The notes beneath the pieces were generated by a model. That model was not told the origin of the DNA, ran no database searches, and worked only from the letters and a program-made list of their open reading frames with translations. Below, one piece after another: positions 47,652 to 58,006 of a stretch of 64,000 bases of DNA; position 1 is the stretch's first letter; each line of letters starts with the position of its first letter. Source of the stretch: Gemmatimonadota bacterium (GTDB lineage Bacteria > Gemmatimonadota > Gemmatimonadetes > Palauibacterales > Palauibacteraceae); the NCBI GenBank assembly GCA_046484665.1, contig JAWOIN010000069.1, positions 7,114 through 71,113 of the forward strand. Direction: 5' to 3'. The position numbers and the translations under genes are program-made.

Positions 47652-48146
47652 ATGTCTCACCTCACCACCCGGCTCGACCGCGCGGACATGGCCGCCACGG
47701 AGTGGATGGCGAAGCACGGAGTGCGACTGCTCCGTCTCAGCCTGGGCGTGGTCTATCTCTGGTTCGGCATCCTCAAGTTCTTCCCCGCCCTGAGCCCGGC
47801 CGAAACGCTGGCGGGAGACACCATAGCGACGCTCTCCGCAGGGCTCGTGAGCCCGGGCGCCGCAGTCGTCGTCCTCGCGGCCTGGGAGTCCCTGATCGGG
47901 CTCGGCCTGCTGACGGGAGCCTTCCTCAGGGGGACCCTGCTCCTTCTGTGGCTCCAGATGCTGGGGACGATCACCCCTCTCTTCCTGTTCCCGGAGCAGT
48001 GCTTCACGCTCGTGCCGTTCGCGCCGACTCTCGAAGGCCAGTACATCGTCAAGAACCTCGTGCTGATCAGCGCCGGGATCGTGATCGGGGCGACGGTCCG
48101 GGGAGGGCGCCTCACCGCGAGCGCCGGGGACGAAGCGCCGGCGTGA
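47652..48146 (+). CDS. DoxX-like/DUF417 (YkgB-like) membrane protein
   Basis: Four hydrophobic helices; LSLGVVYLWFGILKF motif. Confidence 0.5.
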   Translation: MSHLTTRLDRADMAATEWMAKHGVRLLRLSLGVVYLWFGILKFFPALSPAETLAGDTIATLSAGLVSPGAAVVVLAAWESLIGLGLLTGAFLRGTLLLLWLQMLGTITPLFLFPEQCFTLVPFAPTLEGQYIVKNLVLISAGIVIGATVRGGRLTASAGDEAPA

Positions 48147-48215
48147 GGGGGCTTCGCGCCCGGGCGGGCCCCGAGTTTCCGCGCGGGGCCGCCTCGAGCC
48201 CCGGGCGCGCTCCCG

Positions 48216-49202
48216 TCAGCGCCCTTCGACCACCGACGTGGCGAACGCCTCGATGGGAGCCGCCAGCGCCTGCGCGGGGTCGATCTCCCACACGAGGGTG
48301 TCCCCCTTCACGCTCGCCGCGTTCGAGTCGACCACCCGGCCGGGCAGGATGAGCCGGAGCTCGATCCCCACGGTGCCCGCCAGGTCGAGACCCGGCACCT
48401 TCGTCTTCAGGAACGCGCCGAGACGCTCCTCGTCGTCGACCTCGCGCCGCAGGATCGCCGCGAGGTCCTCCGGGCGGACCTCCGGATGGGCCGGCCGGAT
48501 CGCCGCGGCGGCCAGGTCCGCCGTCCGCGAGACGAACCGCTCCAGCAGGACGGTCTCGTCCGCCTCCGACCCCGGACCGAGCAGTCCCGCGTCGATCACC
48601 GACCACAGGCCGGCGCGCGTCAGGCCCTCGAGCTCCCCGCGCTGCGCCGCGGAGATCCGGGCGTAGCTCGCGGCGATCGCGTCCGTCACGCTCGCGGCGA
48701 AGTACTCCACGATCGGGTCCGGCCCGTTCTTCCAGACGAAGGACTCGCGGTACGTCACCGTGTCACCCCCGGAGGAGCGCGTGCGCCCGACCTCCACCCG
48801 GTTCGAGAAGCCGACGTCGCCGAGGGTCACGCGACCTACGCGCTCGGAGGCGTGCGCCGGCGTCGTGCCGTGCAGCCGGACCGAGCCCGTGAGCCCCGCC
48901 CAGCCCTTCGCGTCCCTGATCCGGTGCGTCCGCTCGAACACGTGCTTCGTGTCGTCGTCCGCCTCGGTGCGGTGGCTCCAGCCGCTCTCCTCGCCGAGGT
49001 CCAGGAGGTACACGTAGTCGTCCGCCGCGATCGACTGCTCGTTCTCGCCGGAAGAGACGCGCAAGACCTCACTGCGCCGCCCGCCGCCGTCCCGGTCGAT
49101 CGTGGTGGTGATGTCATAGTCCGTGCAGCCGGCGAAGCCGACCGCCGCGGCCGCCAGCGCCGCCCGCAGCCCGCGCGGGAGCCTGCTCGTTCTCGCGCTC
49201 AT
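48216..49202 (-). CDS. lipoprotein, unknown function (downstream of anti-sigma factor)
   Basis: Internal Met start MSARTSRLP; lipobox FAGC. Confidence 0.5.
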   Translation of the reverse strand: MSARTSRLPRGLRAALAAAAVGFAGCTDYDITTTIDRDGGGRRSEVLRVSSGENEQSIAADDYVYLLDLGEESGWSHRTEADDDTKHVFERTHRIRDAKGWAGLTGSVRLHGTTPAHASERVGRVTLGDVGFSNRVEVGRTRSSGGDTVTYRESFVWKNGPDPIVEYFAASVTDAIAASYARISAAQRGELEGLTRAGLWSVIDAGLLGPGSEADETVLLERFVSRTADLAAAAIRPAHPEVRPEDLAAILRREVDDEERLGAFLKTKVPGLDLAGTVGIELRLILPGRVVDSNAASVKGDTLVWEIDPAQALAAPIEAFATSVVEGR

Positions 49203-49228
49203 CGTGCGTTCCCTTCCCTCGAACATGT

Positions 49229-50020
49229 TCACGACCGGGCGGACCGTTGCGCCGCCCGGTAGATGTCCAGCACCCTCGTCGCAGGAATCCGCGTCGCGTC
49301 CGCCAGGTCCAGCGCCCGGAGCGCCGTCAGCAGCTCGCCCGCCTGGAGCCCGTCCGTCACGTCGATCGCGTCCCCGATCTCCGGCCGTGCCGCCGTCAGC
49401 CGGAGGGGCGACGCCGGCCGCGCCGACGCGACGGCCTCGAGCTCCGACCTGTCGAGCAGCGTCGCCCCGGGCGGCAGAGCCTCGAGCAGCTCGCGGACGC
49501 GGCCGAGGGTGATCGTCTCCTCCGCCGCGAGGGCGCGCTCCCACGCGGGGACCCCGAGGAGCGCGACCGCGCCCGGACCGGCCGCGGCGCCCGACGTCTC
49601 GAGCGCCGCGAGGCGTCGCTCCTGCCCGGCGAGCCGGTCCGAGAGCTCCGCCTGGCGCTCGAGGAGCCGCCCGCGCTCGACCGCGAGCCCTCCGGCCACG
49701 GCCGCGAGGACGACGCTCGCCGCCGCGAGCGTCGGGACCAGCCAGCGGGCGTGCCGGATCCACCGGTGGTCCTGCGGCGGTCGGGGGCGGGCGTCGCGGA
49801 CGGCCGTCCACATCCCCCGGGCGTGAAGGTCGGGCACGGCCGCCTCGAGCTCGTCCGGCGGCGGCAGCTCGAGCAGGTCGTGAACTCGCAGCAGCGACGC
49901 GCACTCCACGCACTCCGCCGCGTGGAGTCGCACCTGCTCACGCACCCCGGACTCCGCCCCGCCGGAGGACAGCGCGTCCAGCAGGTCCTGAACTGCCTCG
50001 CACTCGGGCCGATCGGTCAT
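49229..50020 (-). CDS. putative zinc-finger anti-sigma factor
   Basis: CxxxxxxxxH..C..C N-terminal pattern (CEAVQDLL..HAAECVEC), single TM, directly downstream of ECF sigma. Confidence 0.6.
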   Translation of the reverse strand: MTDRPECEAVQDLLDALSSGGAESGVREQVRLHAAECVECASLLRVHDLLELPPPDELEAAVPDLHARGMWTAVRDARPRPPQDHRWIRHARWLVPTLAAASVVLAAVAGGLAVERGRLLERQAELSDRLAGQERRLAALETSGAAAGPGAVALLGVPAWERALAAEETITLGRVRELLEALPPGATLLDRSELEAVASARPASPLRLTAARPEIGDAIDVTDGLQAGELLTALRALDLADATRIPATRVLDIYRAAQRSARS

Positions 50021-50586
50021 GAAGCCTTCTCCCTCGCTTGCTCCGTCATCGCAGCCGCCATCTGCCGGCGGGCCGCGTGGAGCGTCGCCCTCAGCGTGCC
50101 GTGCTCGATCCTGAGCTCCCCGGCGACCCGCTTCGGCTCGCCGCCTTCCACGTCCACGCGGAGGAAGACGGCACGCTGCCTCGGGCTCAGCCGTTCAGCC
50201 GCCGCAAGCAGCAGCGCGCGGAGCTCGCGGCGCTCGAGCCGCTCGGCCGGATCGTCGCTCGACGCGGCGGCGTGCCGCTGGACCTCTTCGTCGCCGGGAA
50301 GGCTCTCGTACCGGGCACGACCCGTGCGCAGGTGATCCAGGCACCCGTTGCGGTGGATCGCGACGATCCACGACCGGAACGAGCGGCCGGTCTCGTAGCG
50401 GTCGAGACGCGCGAACGCCTTCATCCAGGTTTCCTGCGTGAGGTCCCGCGCCTCGTCCCAGTCGCGGACGTAGCGCCACGCCATCGCGATCAGTTGGCGG
50501 GTCAGCGCCTCCACGAGCTCGCGGGCGCTCCGCTCGTCGCCTTCGCGGCAGGCCTCCGCCAGTGATTCCAGTCGAGCTTCGTTCAC
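50017..50586 (-). CDS. RNA polymerase sigma-70 factor, ECF subfamily
   Basis: Region 2 (DLTQETWMKAF) and region 4 (LSPRQRAVFLRVDVEG) motifs. Confidence 0.85.
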   Translation of the reverse strand: MNEARLESLAEACREGDERSARELVEALTRQLIAMAWRYVRDWDEARDLTQETWMKAFARLDRYETGRSFRSWIVAIHRNGCLDHLRTGRARYESLPGDEEVQRHAAASSDDPAERLERRELRALLLAAAERLSPRQRAVFLRVDVEGGEPKRVAGELRIEHGTLRATLHAARRQMAAAMTEQAREKAS

Positions 50587-51311
50587 GACTCCTCGCGCCT
50601 TGGCGACCGGAGGACGGGAGCGGCCCCCCTTCGACGTGAATACGTACGGCGTCCCCCGGCTGTTTAGCCCGGACGCGCGACGGCCCGGCGGACGGCCCGG
50701 GACGAGCGGTTCCGAATCGTACCCCGGACCGGGTCGACCTCGCAGATGTGCTGGCAGAGCAGGAGCCGCTGGACGAGCAGTGCACGCAGTTCGAGCGCTG
50801 GCTCGCGGCGCCTTCCTCCATGCCCGCGGACTCGTTCGACGCGACGCCCGATGCCGTCGCCTTCTCGAACCGGACCATGTTCCCCCGCAGAACGGCTCGG
50901 GCCACGATGGTGGCGTCCGGGCAGCTGCGCTTTCTCCGCGACCTGTCCCTGCTGACGTGCCTGCCCAACTTCCAAGCGAACGTGAATCCCCGGCTGGGAC
51001 GCGACGGAGAGTTATACGACGCGAACCAGACCGCCGTCATGGGCGGTATCGCACCGATGGCCAGTGACGCTTTCGACCCTGCGTCCAGTGACCGATGACA
51101 AGGCCGCGATCGGGGGACTCCGGAACCGGCCCTGCTACATGCACATCGCGTAGAACGGCTGATACCGAGGGTACCTCGTGGAGTACGGCGAGCAGCTCGA
51201 GGCTCGGATCCGGGGCGTGAGGGCCTGCCTCCAGGCGCACGGGCACGGCAGCTGACGCGCGGCTACGTTGTTCCGGGCGACCGGCTTCGAGCGTTCTCGA
51301 GGAGGTGACCG

Positions 51312-51584
51312 ATGGCGGGAAGGGAGTTCAGCGCCGACGAGGCCAGGCGAATCGGTGACCGCCTGGGCGTGGCCTGGGACCGGGTTCCACTCGAGGAGTT
51401 CCGAATGGGACTCCGCGTCGAGCTCGAGCACGGCGCGCACGACCCGGAGACCGACGTCACGGCGGATGACCTCGACATGACCGGTAAGATCGCGCTCGCG
51501 CACCTCAAGGAGTTCCCCGACTACTACACGCGCCTCGCGAAGATGGAGGGTGAGGCGGACGAGTACTGGTCCACCCGCAGATAG
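51312..51584 (+). CDS. small hypothetical protein (DUF5661-like)
   Basis: ORF track; GLRVELEHG..IALAHLKEFPDYY. Confidence 0.4.
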   Translation: MAGREFSADEARRIGDRLGVAWDRVPLEEFRMGLRVELEHGAHDPETDVTADDLDMTGKIALAHLKEFPDYYTRLAKMEGEADEYWSTRR

Positions 51585-51635
51585 GCGCGCGCGGTCGGCC
51601 TCCCTCGCGGGGAGGCATCGGGCTAATGTAGCCTC

Positions 51636-53300
51636 ATGCCCCACGGACGACGGACCGACACGCCGCGCCTGCGGCCGGACCGGCGCGACGCCGCAGGGCG
51701 GGAGATCGCATCTCTCGCCTCCGTGCAGCTCCCCGCCGACCTCCTCGAGGCTTCGGTCCGTCGTCTCGGAACCGTCGCGCTCATATACGCGTCCGTCTTC
51801 TTCCTCGCCGGTCCCTTCCCGAACTTGGTCTGCCAGGCGCTTACCCTGGTTCTCCCCGGGGCGGTCTGCCACCCGGGATACTTCACGACCCTGCGCATGC
51901 TCGGGCCGCCCGCGCTTTCGATTCTCGGCGGGCTCGCGATCTACGGGATCGTACGGTGGAGCGGACTCGCTGCGGCGTCGAAGCTCCGGACCGGACTCGC
52001 GTTCGAGGTGCTCGGGAGCTTCGGGATCGCCCTGTCGGAGTACCAGGGCGTGATCTCCCCGATCCGGTACGCCGGAATGGAGACGGTCCCCGACGCCGGA
52101 GGGTTCGGGCTGTCGTGGGTGGCGGTGTGGGTGATGCTGTTCGCCGTCGTCGTGCCGACGCCCCCGCGGCGAACGCTGACGGCCGCGGTGCTCTCCGTGA
52201 GTGCCGTGCCGATCGTGTTCTCGGCGTACACGGCGCTCGGGATCAACACCGTGCCGCTCGGTCCGATCGAGTTCTTCTTCGCGCTCGTCTTTCCGTACTT
52301 CCTGATCGCGGGAATGGCATGGCTCGCGTCCCGGATCGTGTACGGGCTCGGCCGCGAGGTACGCCGGGCCCGGGAGCTCGGGAGCTACCGTCTCGTCGAG
52401 CGGCTGGGCACGGGCGGAATGGGGGAGGTGTGGCGCGCCGATCACCGCCTCCTGGTTCGGCCCGCCGCGGTCAAGCTCGTCCGGCCCGAGATGCTCGGGG
52501 CGAACGACCCCGGGCTGCGGAGGACGAGCCTGCAGCGGTTCGAGCGCGAGGCGCAGGCGACGGCCGCGCTCCGTTCGCCCCACACCGTCGAGCTTTACGA
52601 CTTCGGCGTCGCCGACGACGGGACGTTCTACTACGTGATGGAGCTGCTCGAGGGGTTCGACCTCGACACGCTCGTCCGGCGGTTCGGCCCGCTTCCGGCG
52701 GAGCGGGTCGTGCACCTGCTCCGGCAAGCCTGTCACTCACTCGCCGAGGCGCACCAGCTGGGCCTCGTCCACCGCGACGTGAAGCCGCCGAACCTCTACG
52801 CGTGCCGGCTCGGACGCGACGCCGACTTCGTCAAGGTGCTCGACTTCGGGATGGTGAAGCGGCGGGCGGACGGCGAGATCCGCGACGCGCAGCTCACGGG
52901 CGAGCACGCACTCGGCGGGACGCCAGCATGGATGGCGCCCGAGCAGGCGGTGGGCGGGCCGGTGGACGGACGCTCCGACCTCTACGCGCTCGGCTGCGTC
53001 GGGTACTGGCTGCTCACGGGGGAGCCCGTGTTCTCCGGGCGAACGCCGGTGGAAGTTCTCACCGGCCACGTTCGCGAGACGCCCGTGCCTCCGGGAACCC
53101 GGACGGAGCTTCCGATCCCGGCCGCGCTGGAGGCGGCGATTCTCGCCTGCCTCGCGAAGAGCCCGGACGAGCGCCCGGAATCGGCGGACGCGCTGGATGC
53201 GGCGCTCGCCGCGGTGCCGCTGGATCCGCCATGGACCGCGGACCGCGCTCGGGCCTGGTGGGATCTGCACGCGCCGCACGGCGTGCGGGCTCCGGAGTAG
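51636..53300 (+). CDS. serine/threonine protein kinase with N-terminal polytopic membrane domain
   Basis: GTGGMGEVW (P-loop), AVK, HRDVKPPN, DFG, APE motifs after ~250-aa hydrophobic N-terminal domain. Confidence 0.8.
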   Translation: MPHGRRTDTPRLRPDRRDAAGREIASLASVQLPADLLEASVRRLGTVALIYASVFFLAGPFPNLVCQALTLVLPGAVCHPGYFTTLRMLGPPALSILGGLAIYGIVRWSGLAAASKLRTGLAFEVLGSFGIALSEYQGVISPIRYAGMETVPDAGGFGLSWVAVWVMLFAVVVPTPPRRTLTAAVLSVSAVPIVFSAYTALGINTVPLGPIEFFFALVFPYFLIAGMAWLASRIVYGLGREVRRARELGSYRLVERLGTGGMGEVWRADHRLLVRPAAVKLVRPEMLGANDPGLRRTSLQRFEREAQATAALRSPHTVELYDFGVADDGTFYYVMELLEGFDLDTLVRRFGPLPAERVVHLLRQACHSLAEAHQLGLVHRDVKPPNLYACRLGRDADFVKVLDFGMVKRRADGEIRDAQLTGEHALGGTPAWMAPEQAVGGPVDGRSDLYALGCVGYWLLTGEPVFSGRTPVEVLTGHVRETPVPPGTRTELPIPAALEAAILACLAKSPDERPESADALDAALAAVPLDPPWTADRARAWWDLHAPHGVRAPE

Positions 53301-53306
53301 TGCCAC

Positions 53307-53633
53307 TTGGAGACGAAGCGGTACACGTACATCTGGGAGTATGCCGTTCCTCCCGAGTCCGACGGGCGCTTCCGCGCGGTCTACGGACCCGGCGGCGAGT
53401 GGGCCCGCCTGTTCGAGCGCGGCGAGGGGCACGTGGAGACGCGTCTGTATCGGGATCGGTACGATCCGTGCCGATACGTCACGATCGACGTCTGGGAGAC
53501 GGAATCGGCCTTTCGTCGGTTCCGCGAGGAATTCGCGGCCGAGTTCGACGCGCTCGACGCGGCATGCGAGGCGCTGACGCGGTCGGAGCGGTCGATCGGG
53601 GAGCTTCTCCCGATCGACTCCGACGGGTCGTGA
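53307..53633 (+). CDS. hypothetical protein
   Basis: ORF track; coding bias. Confidence 0.4.
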   Translation: METKRYTYIWEYAVPPESDGRFRAVYGPGGEWARLFERGEGHVETRLYRDRYDPCRYVTIDVWETESAFRRFREEFAAEFDALDAACEALTRSERSIGELLPIDSDGS

Positions 53634-53830
53634 CACACGCGTTGCCGGACTTCATCCGGGCGAGGGGCGCTTCCTCATGGTCGCCGACGTGTACAGGCAC
53701 CCCGGGGGCGACCTTTTTCGGTTAGCCACGGCCTCGCCACAGGGCTATTATCAGGGTCCGGGGGCTCGACCGCTCCCCTCCCCGCGCCGATCGGTGCGGG
53801 ATCATGGCACCCGTTATCGGGAGGCAGGAG

Positions 53831-54079
53831 ATGAACTGGCTCGTCACGATCATCATCGGCGGAATCGTCGGCTGGGTGGGCAGCAAGCTCATGCACACCG
53901 ATGCGCAGATGGGGCTTCTCGCCAACGTCGTCGTCGGGATCGTGGGCGCGATGATCGGGTTCTGGATCGCGGGAGCGCTGGGACTGGCCGCCTCGGGACC
54001 GATTCTCAGCTGGGTCGTCGCCATCGTCGGCGCCATGGTGCTGATCTGGATCCTCAAGGTGCTGGGCGTCTTCAAGTAG
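53831..54079 (+). CDS. GlsB/YeaQ/YmgE-family stress membrane protein
   Basis: MNWLVTIIIGGIVGWVGSKLM typical family N-terminus. Confidence 0.7.
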   Translation: MNWLVTIIIGGIVGWVGSKLMHTDAQMGLLANVVVGIVGAMIGFWIAGALGLAASGPILSWVVAIVGAMVLIWILKVLGVFK

Positions 54080-54258
54080 GAGGCGACCTCCGTCCTCCGG
54101 ACTCGCCATCCGCAGGCTTCCCGCCGGACGGGTGTCCGGGCCTGACGCCGCCATCGGTCGGCGCGGGCCCGGACTCTCGTCTCCGGCGGGAGTCTCTTGA
54201 GCAGGAGTGGCGCCGTGAGCGCGTCCCTTCTCGTGGAGGGCGGCGTGGACGGCGCGAT

Positions 54259-55290
54259 TCACCGCGGCTGCCGCCTCCGGGCCTCACCGCCAGGGCGTTC
54301 TTCCAACCCGACTGACCCGGCCTGCGGCTCCGCGGCCGGTACCTCGAACACCTTCAGCATCCCCTTCTCGTCCGGACGCGGGACCTCCGCGATCCAGGCG
54401 TAGCGGCCGGGCTCCAGAGCGACGTGCACGTACGCGGTCGAGCCCGCCGGCATCTCGTTCGTGCCGCCGACGAAGACGACCGGGGCCGGCGTCTCGAGGC
54501 CTCCGGGGCTGGTCGCGTCCATCCAGGCCGCGAGTGCCTCGAGGTCCGTGTCGCCGGCGAGGCGCGCGAGGTTCACGTCGTGCCAGATCATGTTCTCATG
54601 CGGCCCCTGGCTCTCGAAGTGCACGGCGACGACGTGGTCGCCGGCCGTCGGTTCGCCTTGCACTTCGATGCCCCGCTCGGTCGAGATCGTGAGCCGGATG
54701 TCGGCCTCGGGCTCGGGCGCGTCGGTGACGTCGGAGGTGACCGTCAGCTCGTGGACCATCCCGTACGTCGACGGATCCGGGCTGTAGGAGTGGAAGATCC
54801 CGTCCGTCTTCACGTAGCACTCGACCACGTACGTTCCCGGCTCGAGGAAGACCGTCGTCTCGGCCGTGCGCCCCGGCGCCAGGAGTCCCGGACCGCCCGC
54901 GAACACGACCTGCCCGAACCACTCAGGGATCTCTCCGAACGCGGTCATGGCGGCGTCGACGTCGCCGGCGTTCAGGAGGTCCATCCCCTTCTGGAAGGCG
55001 GGCGCCAGCTGCTCCTGATGCTCGTCGATGCCGTAGCCCGGCGGCATCGCGTCGAACAGGGCGAAGTGGGTCATGCCGGACTCGTTCCGGAACCGGACGG
55101 TAGTCCAGCCCGACGAAATCGTGTCCGGAGCCTCGAACTTGAGGCCACGGGCGACGATCTCGACCACCTCGGCGATGGGATTCAGGCTCTCCGCATCGCG
55201 GGCCGCCGTGTCGGGAGCCTGTTCGGGGGCGCAGCCGGTCCACGCGACGGCCAGGAGGATGACGAGCGTCGTGCCGGGGATCCGCCTCAT
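54259..55290 (-). CDS. lipoprotein, unknown function
   Basis: Internal Met MRRIPGTTLVILLAVAWTGC lipobox. Confidence 0.5.
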   Translation of the reverse strand: MRRIPGTTLVILLAVAWTGCAPEQAPDTAARDAESLNPIAEVVEIVARGLKFEAPDTISSGWTTVRFRNESGMTHFALFDAMPPGYGIDEHQEQLAPAFQKGMDLLNAGDVDAAMTAFGEIPEWFGQVVFAGGPGLLAPGRTAETTVFLEPGTYVVECYVKTDGIFHSYSPDPSTYGMVHELTVTSDVTDAPEPEADIRLTISTERGIEVQGEPTAGDHVVAVHFESQGPHENMIWHDVNLARLAGDTDLEALAAWMDATSPGGLETPAPVVFVGGTNEMPAGSTAYVHVALEPGRYAWIAEVPRPDEKGMLKVFEVPAAEPQAGSVGLEERPGGEARRRQPR

Positions 55291-55526
55291 GCTGCCTCCG
55301 TGTTCGGATCGAGTTCGGGTCCGTCGTGGCATCGGAATGGGCATATTCTGAGGGAAGCTCCGCGGAACGGTCAACGGCTCCGTGCGCGGAAGCGGCTCAG
55401 GACCATGGGTCCGTCGGCTTGTAGAGGACGGGCTCAGTGGCGACACTGGGTCGGAGGCGGTCGACCGGCGCCCGGTGCCGGGCCCGGTCGGCCGGGGGAC
55501 GGCGCGACGGGAAAAGGCGGGGAAAC

Positions 55527-56000
55527 GTGAACGAGGAAGCCGGGGGCGGCAGGGTCGACGGTCGGAATCGGGTGTCCGCCGGGCCACTTAGAGAGTCAGC
55601 CGGCGCCGCGTTCCGGGGCCGCCTGCCCGAGCTCCTCATCGGGGCGACGTTCGTCTTCCTGGCCGTCCTCCCGGCGCTCGTCGCGGACGAATGGCGCGAG
55701 CGGCGTGACCGGGAGGAGCTGGCCGAGCGCGCCCTCGTCGGGATCGTGGATGAGATCCGCTCGAACCGGGACCGGCTCCTCGCGGACGCGGAGCGCAACC
55801 GCGCGCCGCTGGCAGGTCTCCGGGAATACCTGCGCGCACGCGAGGAGGGCGAGGAGCCGGAGGAGCTTTCGGCAGACTACAAGGTCGCCCTCACCTCTTC
55901 CGCCGCCCGGGAGGCGGCCCGGATGAGCCAGGCCGTGCAATCCACGGACCTCGAGGTCGTGCGGGAGCTCGCGCGTCTCCCGGAGGGAGGATCCCCGTGA
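55527..56000 (+). CDS. hypothetical membrane-anchored protein
   Basis: ORF track; start uncertain; overlaps next gene by 4 nt. Confidence 0.3.
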   Translation: MNEEAGGGRVDGRNRVSAGPLRESAGAAFRGRLPELLIGATFVFLAVLPALVADEWRERRDREELAERALVGIVDEIRSNRDRLLADAERNRAPLAGLREYLRAREEGEEPEELSADYKVALTSSAAREAARMSQAVQSTDLEVVRELARLPEGGSP

Positions 56001-56290
56001 CGGCGCGCCAGGTGGAGGTCGAGAACGTGAACCACCCCGGGACCCTGCACCGGGTGGACGCCGCGAAGTACGAGGCCATGCGCCAGGCGCTGCTGAAGGC
56101 GCTGCCGGGGGGGTCGCCCGGTCTGACCCAGGCGGAGATGTTCGAGGCCGTCAGGCGCCACCTGCCGGAGGACCTCTTCCCGGGCGGGGCCAAGGCCGGC
56201 TGGTGGGCCAAGACGGTGCAGCTCGACCTCGAGGCGAAGGGGATCCTCGTCCGCGAGCGAGCGCGGCCGCTCCGCTGGCATCTGACCTGA
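55997..56290 (+). CDS. hypothetical protein
   Basis: ORF track. Confidence 0.4.
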   Translation: MTARQVEVENVNHPGTLHRVDAAKYEAMRQALLKALPGGSPGLTQAEMFEAVRRHLPEDLFPGGAKAGWWAKTVQLDLEAKGILVRERARPLRWHLT

Positions 56291-56547
56291 CGGATGCGGG
56301 GGACGCGACGTCGGCGAAGACGACGCGATCCGGTGGTTCTCGGCGCCGCGGAGGGTCTCCGAATGAGGACGGCCCGGGTTCCCGAGGGGGACTCTTGCGC
56401 AGGGAGGCCTGATCGTGTGCCCGAAAGCACTCGCCGGCTTCATCGTCCTGGCGGCCCTCGCCGCTGGCCGGCCCCTGTACGATGTCGTGTCGTGACCGTC
56501 GGACACCGGCGCTCAGGCCGGCGACCGGTCGAAGGAAAGGAGGGGCC

Positions 56548-57066
56548 ATGCGCAGGCTGCGGTACAGCGTGGCGATGAGCCTGGACGGGTACATCGCGGG
56601 ACCGCACGGCGAGTACGACTGGATCCCCTCGGACCCGACAATCGACTTCGCCGCCATGTTCGACGAGTTCGACGCGTTCGTGATGGGACGGCGGACCTTC
56701 GAGACGCTCCGTTCGGGTACTGCGCCGGACCCGACGGCAGGCCGGGATGTGATCGTGTTCTCACGCACCCTTGACCCGGCCGCGCATCCGGACGTGACGA
56801 TCGTGGCGGAAGGAGCGCGGGACGCGATCGAGGCCCTGAAGGCCGGGCCCGGTCGTGACATCTGGCTGTTCGGCGGCGGGAACCTGTTCGGGAGTCTGCT
56901 CGACGCGGGCGTCGTGGACACGGTCGAGGTCGCGGTCGCGCCCGTGCTGCTCGGCGGCGGCATTCCGCTCCTCCCCGCCGGCCACCGGGCGCACGTGCTC
57001 CGGCTGTCGGCGTCACGGATCCTGCCGAGCGGACTCGCCGTGCTGATCTACGAGGTCGAGCGATGA
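56548..57066 (+). CDS. dihydrofolate reductase-family protein (RibD C-terminal-like)
   Basis: RYSVAMSLDGYIAGPHGEYDW..FDAFVMGRRTFE..IWLFGGGNLF. Confidence 0.7.
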   Translation: MRRLRYSVAMSLDGYIAGPHGEYDWIPSDPTIDFAAMFDEFDAFVMGRRTFETLRSGTAPDPTAGRDVIVFSRTLDPAAHPDVTIVAEGARDAIEALKAGPGRDIWLFGGGNLFGSLLDAGVVDTVEVAVAPVLLGGGIPLLPAGHRAHVLRLSASRILPSGLAVLIYEVER

Positions 57067-57464
57067 GAGCGAATCGACGGGCGGCGATTCTGGCAGGCGG
57101 AGCCGTGAGTCTCTTCGCGCTGGGGGGCTGCCGGACGGAGCCACCACCGTGGGTGGTGCTGTCGGCGCGACCCCCGGAGTCCGGGGAGCTCATCCAACTC
57201 GTCGGCACGGTGGAGTGGAACGAGCTCGAGGGCGGCTTCTTCGCGATCCGCGCCCGGGACGGCACGACGTATGAGCCGATGAACCTTCCCGACCGCTTTC
57301 AAGTGGACGGCCTACCCGTCGAAGCGGAGGCGATTCTTCGGGGGGAGATGGCCTCGATCCGCATGGTCGGCCCGATCGTGGAGCTCGTGCGGATCCGGGA
57401 GCGTGAGGCCGCGGCGGCCGGTGACGGAGCGCCTGGCGACGCGCCGGACGGTCGAGCGCCGTGA
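57063..57464 (+). CDS. lipoprotein, unknown function
   Basis: Lipobox LGGC. Confidence 0.4.
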   Translation: MRANRRAAILAGGAVSLFALGGCRTEPPPWVVLSARPPESGELIQLVGTVEWNELEGGFFAIRARDGTTYEPMNLPDRFQVDGLPVEAEAILRGEMASIRMVGPIVELVRIREREAAAAGDGAPGDAPDGRAP

Positions 57465-58006
57465 GCGCGTGGCTCGACGGCCGGATCGAGATCCTGCTCG
57501 GCGACATCACGAAGCTCGACGTGGACGTGATCGTGAACGCCGCGAACACGTCCCTGCTCGGAGGGGGCGGCGTGGACGGCGCGATCCACCGCGCCGCCGG
57601 GCCGGAGCTGCTCGAGGAGTGCCGCGCGCTGGGCGGCGCCCGGACGGGCGAGGTGAGGATGACCCGCGGCTACCGACTCCCGGCCCGGTTCGTGGCCCAC
57701 GCTGTGGGTCCGGTCTGGCACGGCGGAGGCCGGGGGGAGCCGGACCTCCTGGCCTCCTGTTACACGAACGCGCTGCGCCTCGCCGACGAGCGCGGGCTCG
57801 AGACCATCGCCTTCCCCTCGATCTCCACGGGAGTCTACGGGTACCCGGTCGAGGCGGCGGCACGCGTCGCCCAGGCGACCGTGCGGGATCACCTCGTTGG
57901 CGGCTCCGGGCTCCGCCGGGTCGGGTTCTGCTGCTTCTCGGAGGAGGACCGGGAGACGTACGAGAGGGTGGCGGCCGAGCTGCTGACGGAGAAGGGGGAG
58001 GAATGA
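57461..58006 (+). CDS. ymdB: macro-domain protein (O-acetyl-ADP-ribose deacetylase, YmdB-like)
   Basis: VIVNAANTSLLGGGGVDGAIHRAAG...TIAFPSISTGVYGYP. Confidence 0.8.
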   Translation: MSAWLDGRIEILLGDITKLDVDVIVNAANTSLLGGGGVDGAIHRAAGPELLEECRALGGARTGEVRMTRGYRLPARFVAHAVGPVWHGGGRGEPDLLASCYTNALRLADERGLETIAFPSISTGVYGYPVEAAARVAQATVRDHLVGGSGLRRVGFCCFSEEDRETYERVAAELLTEKGEE

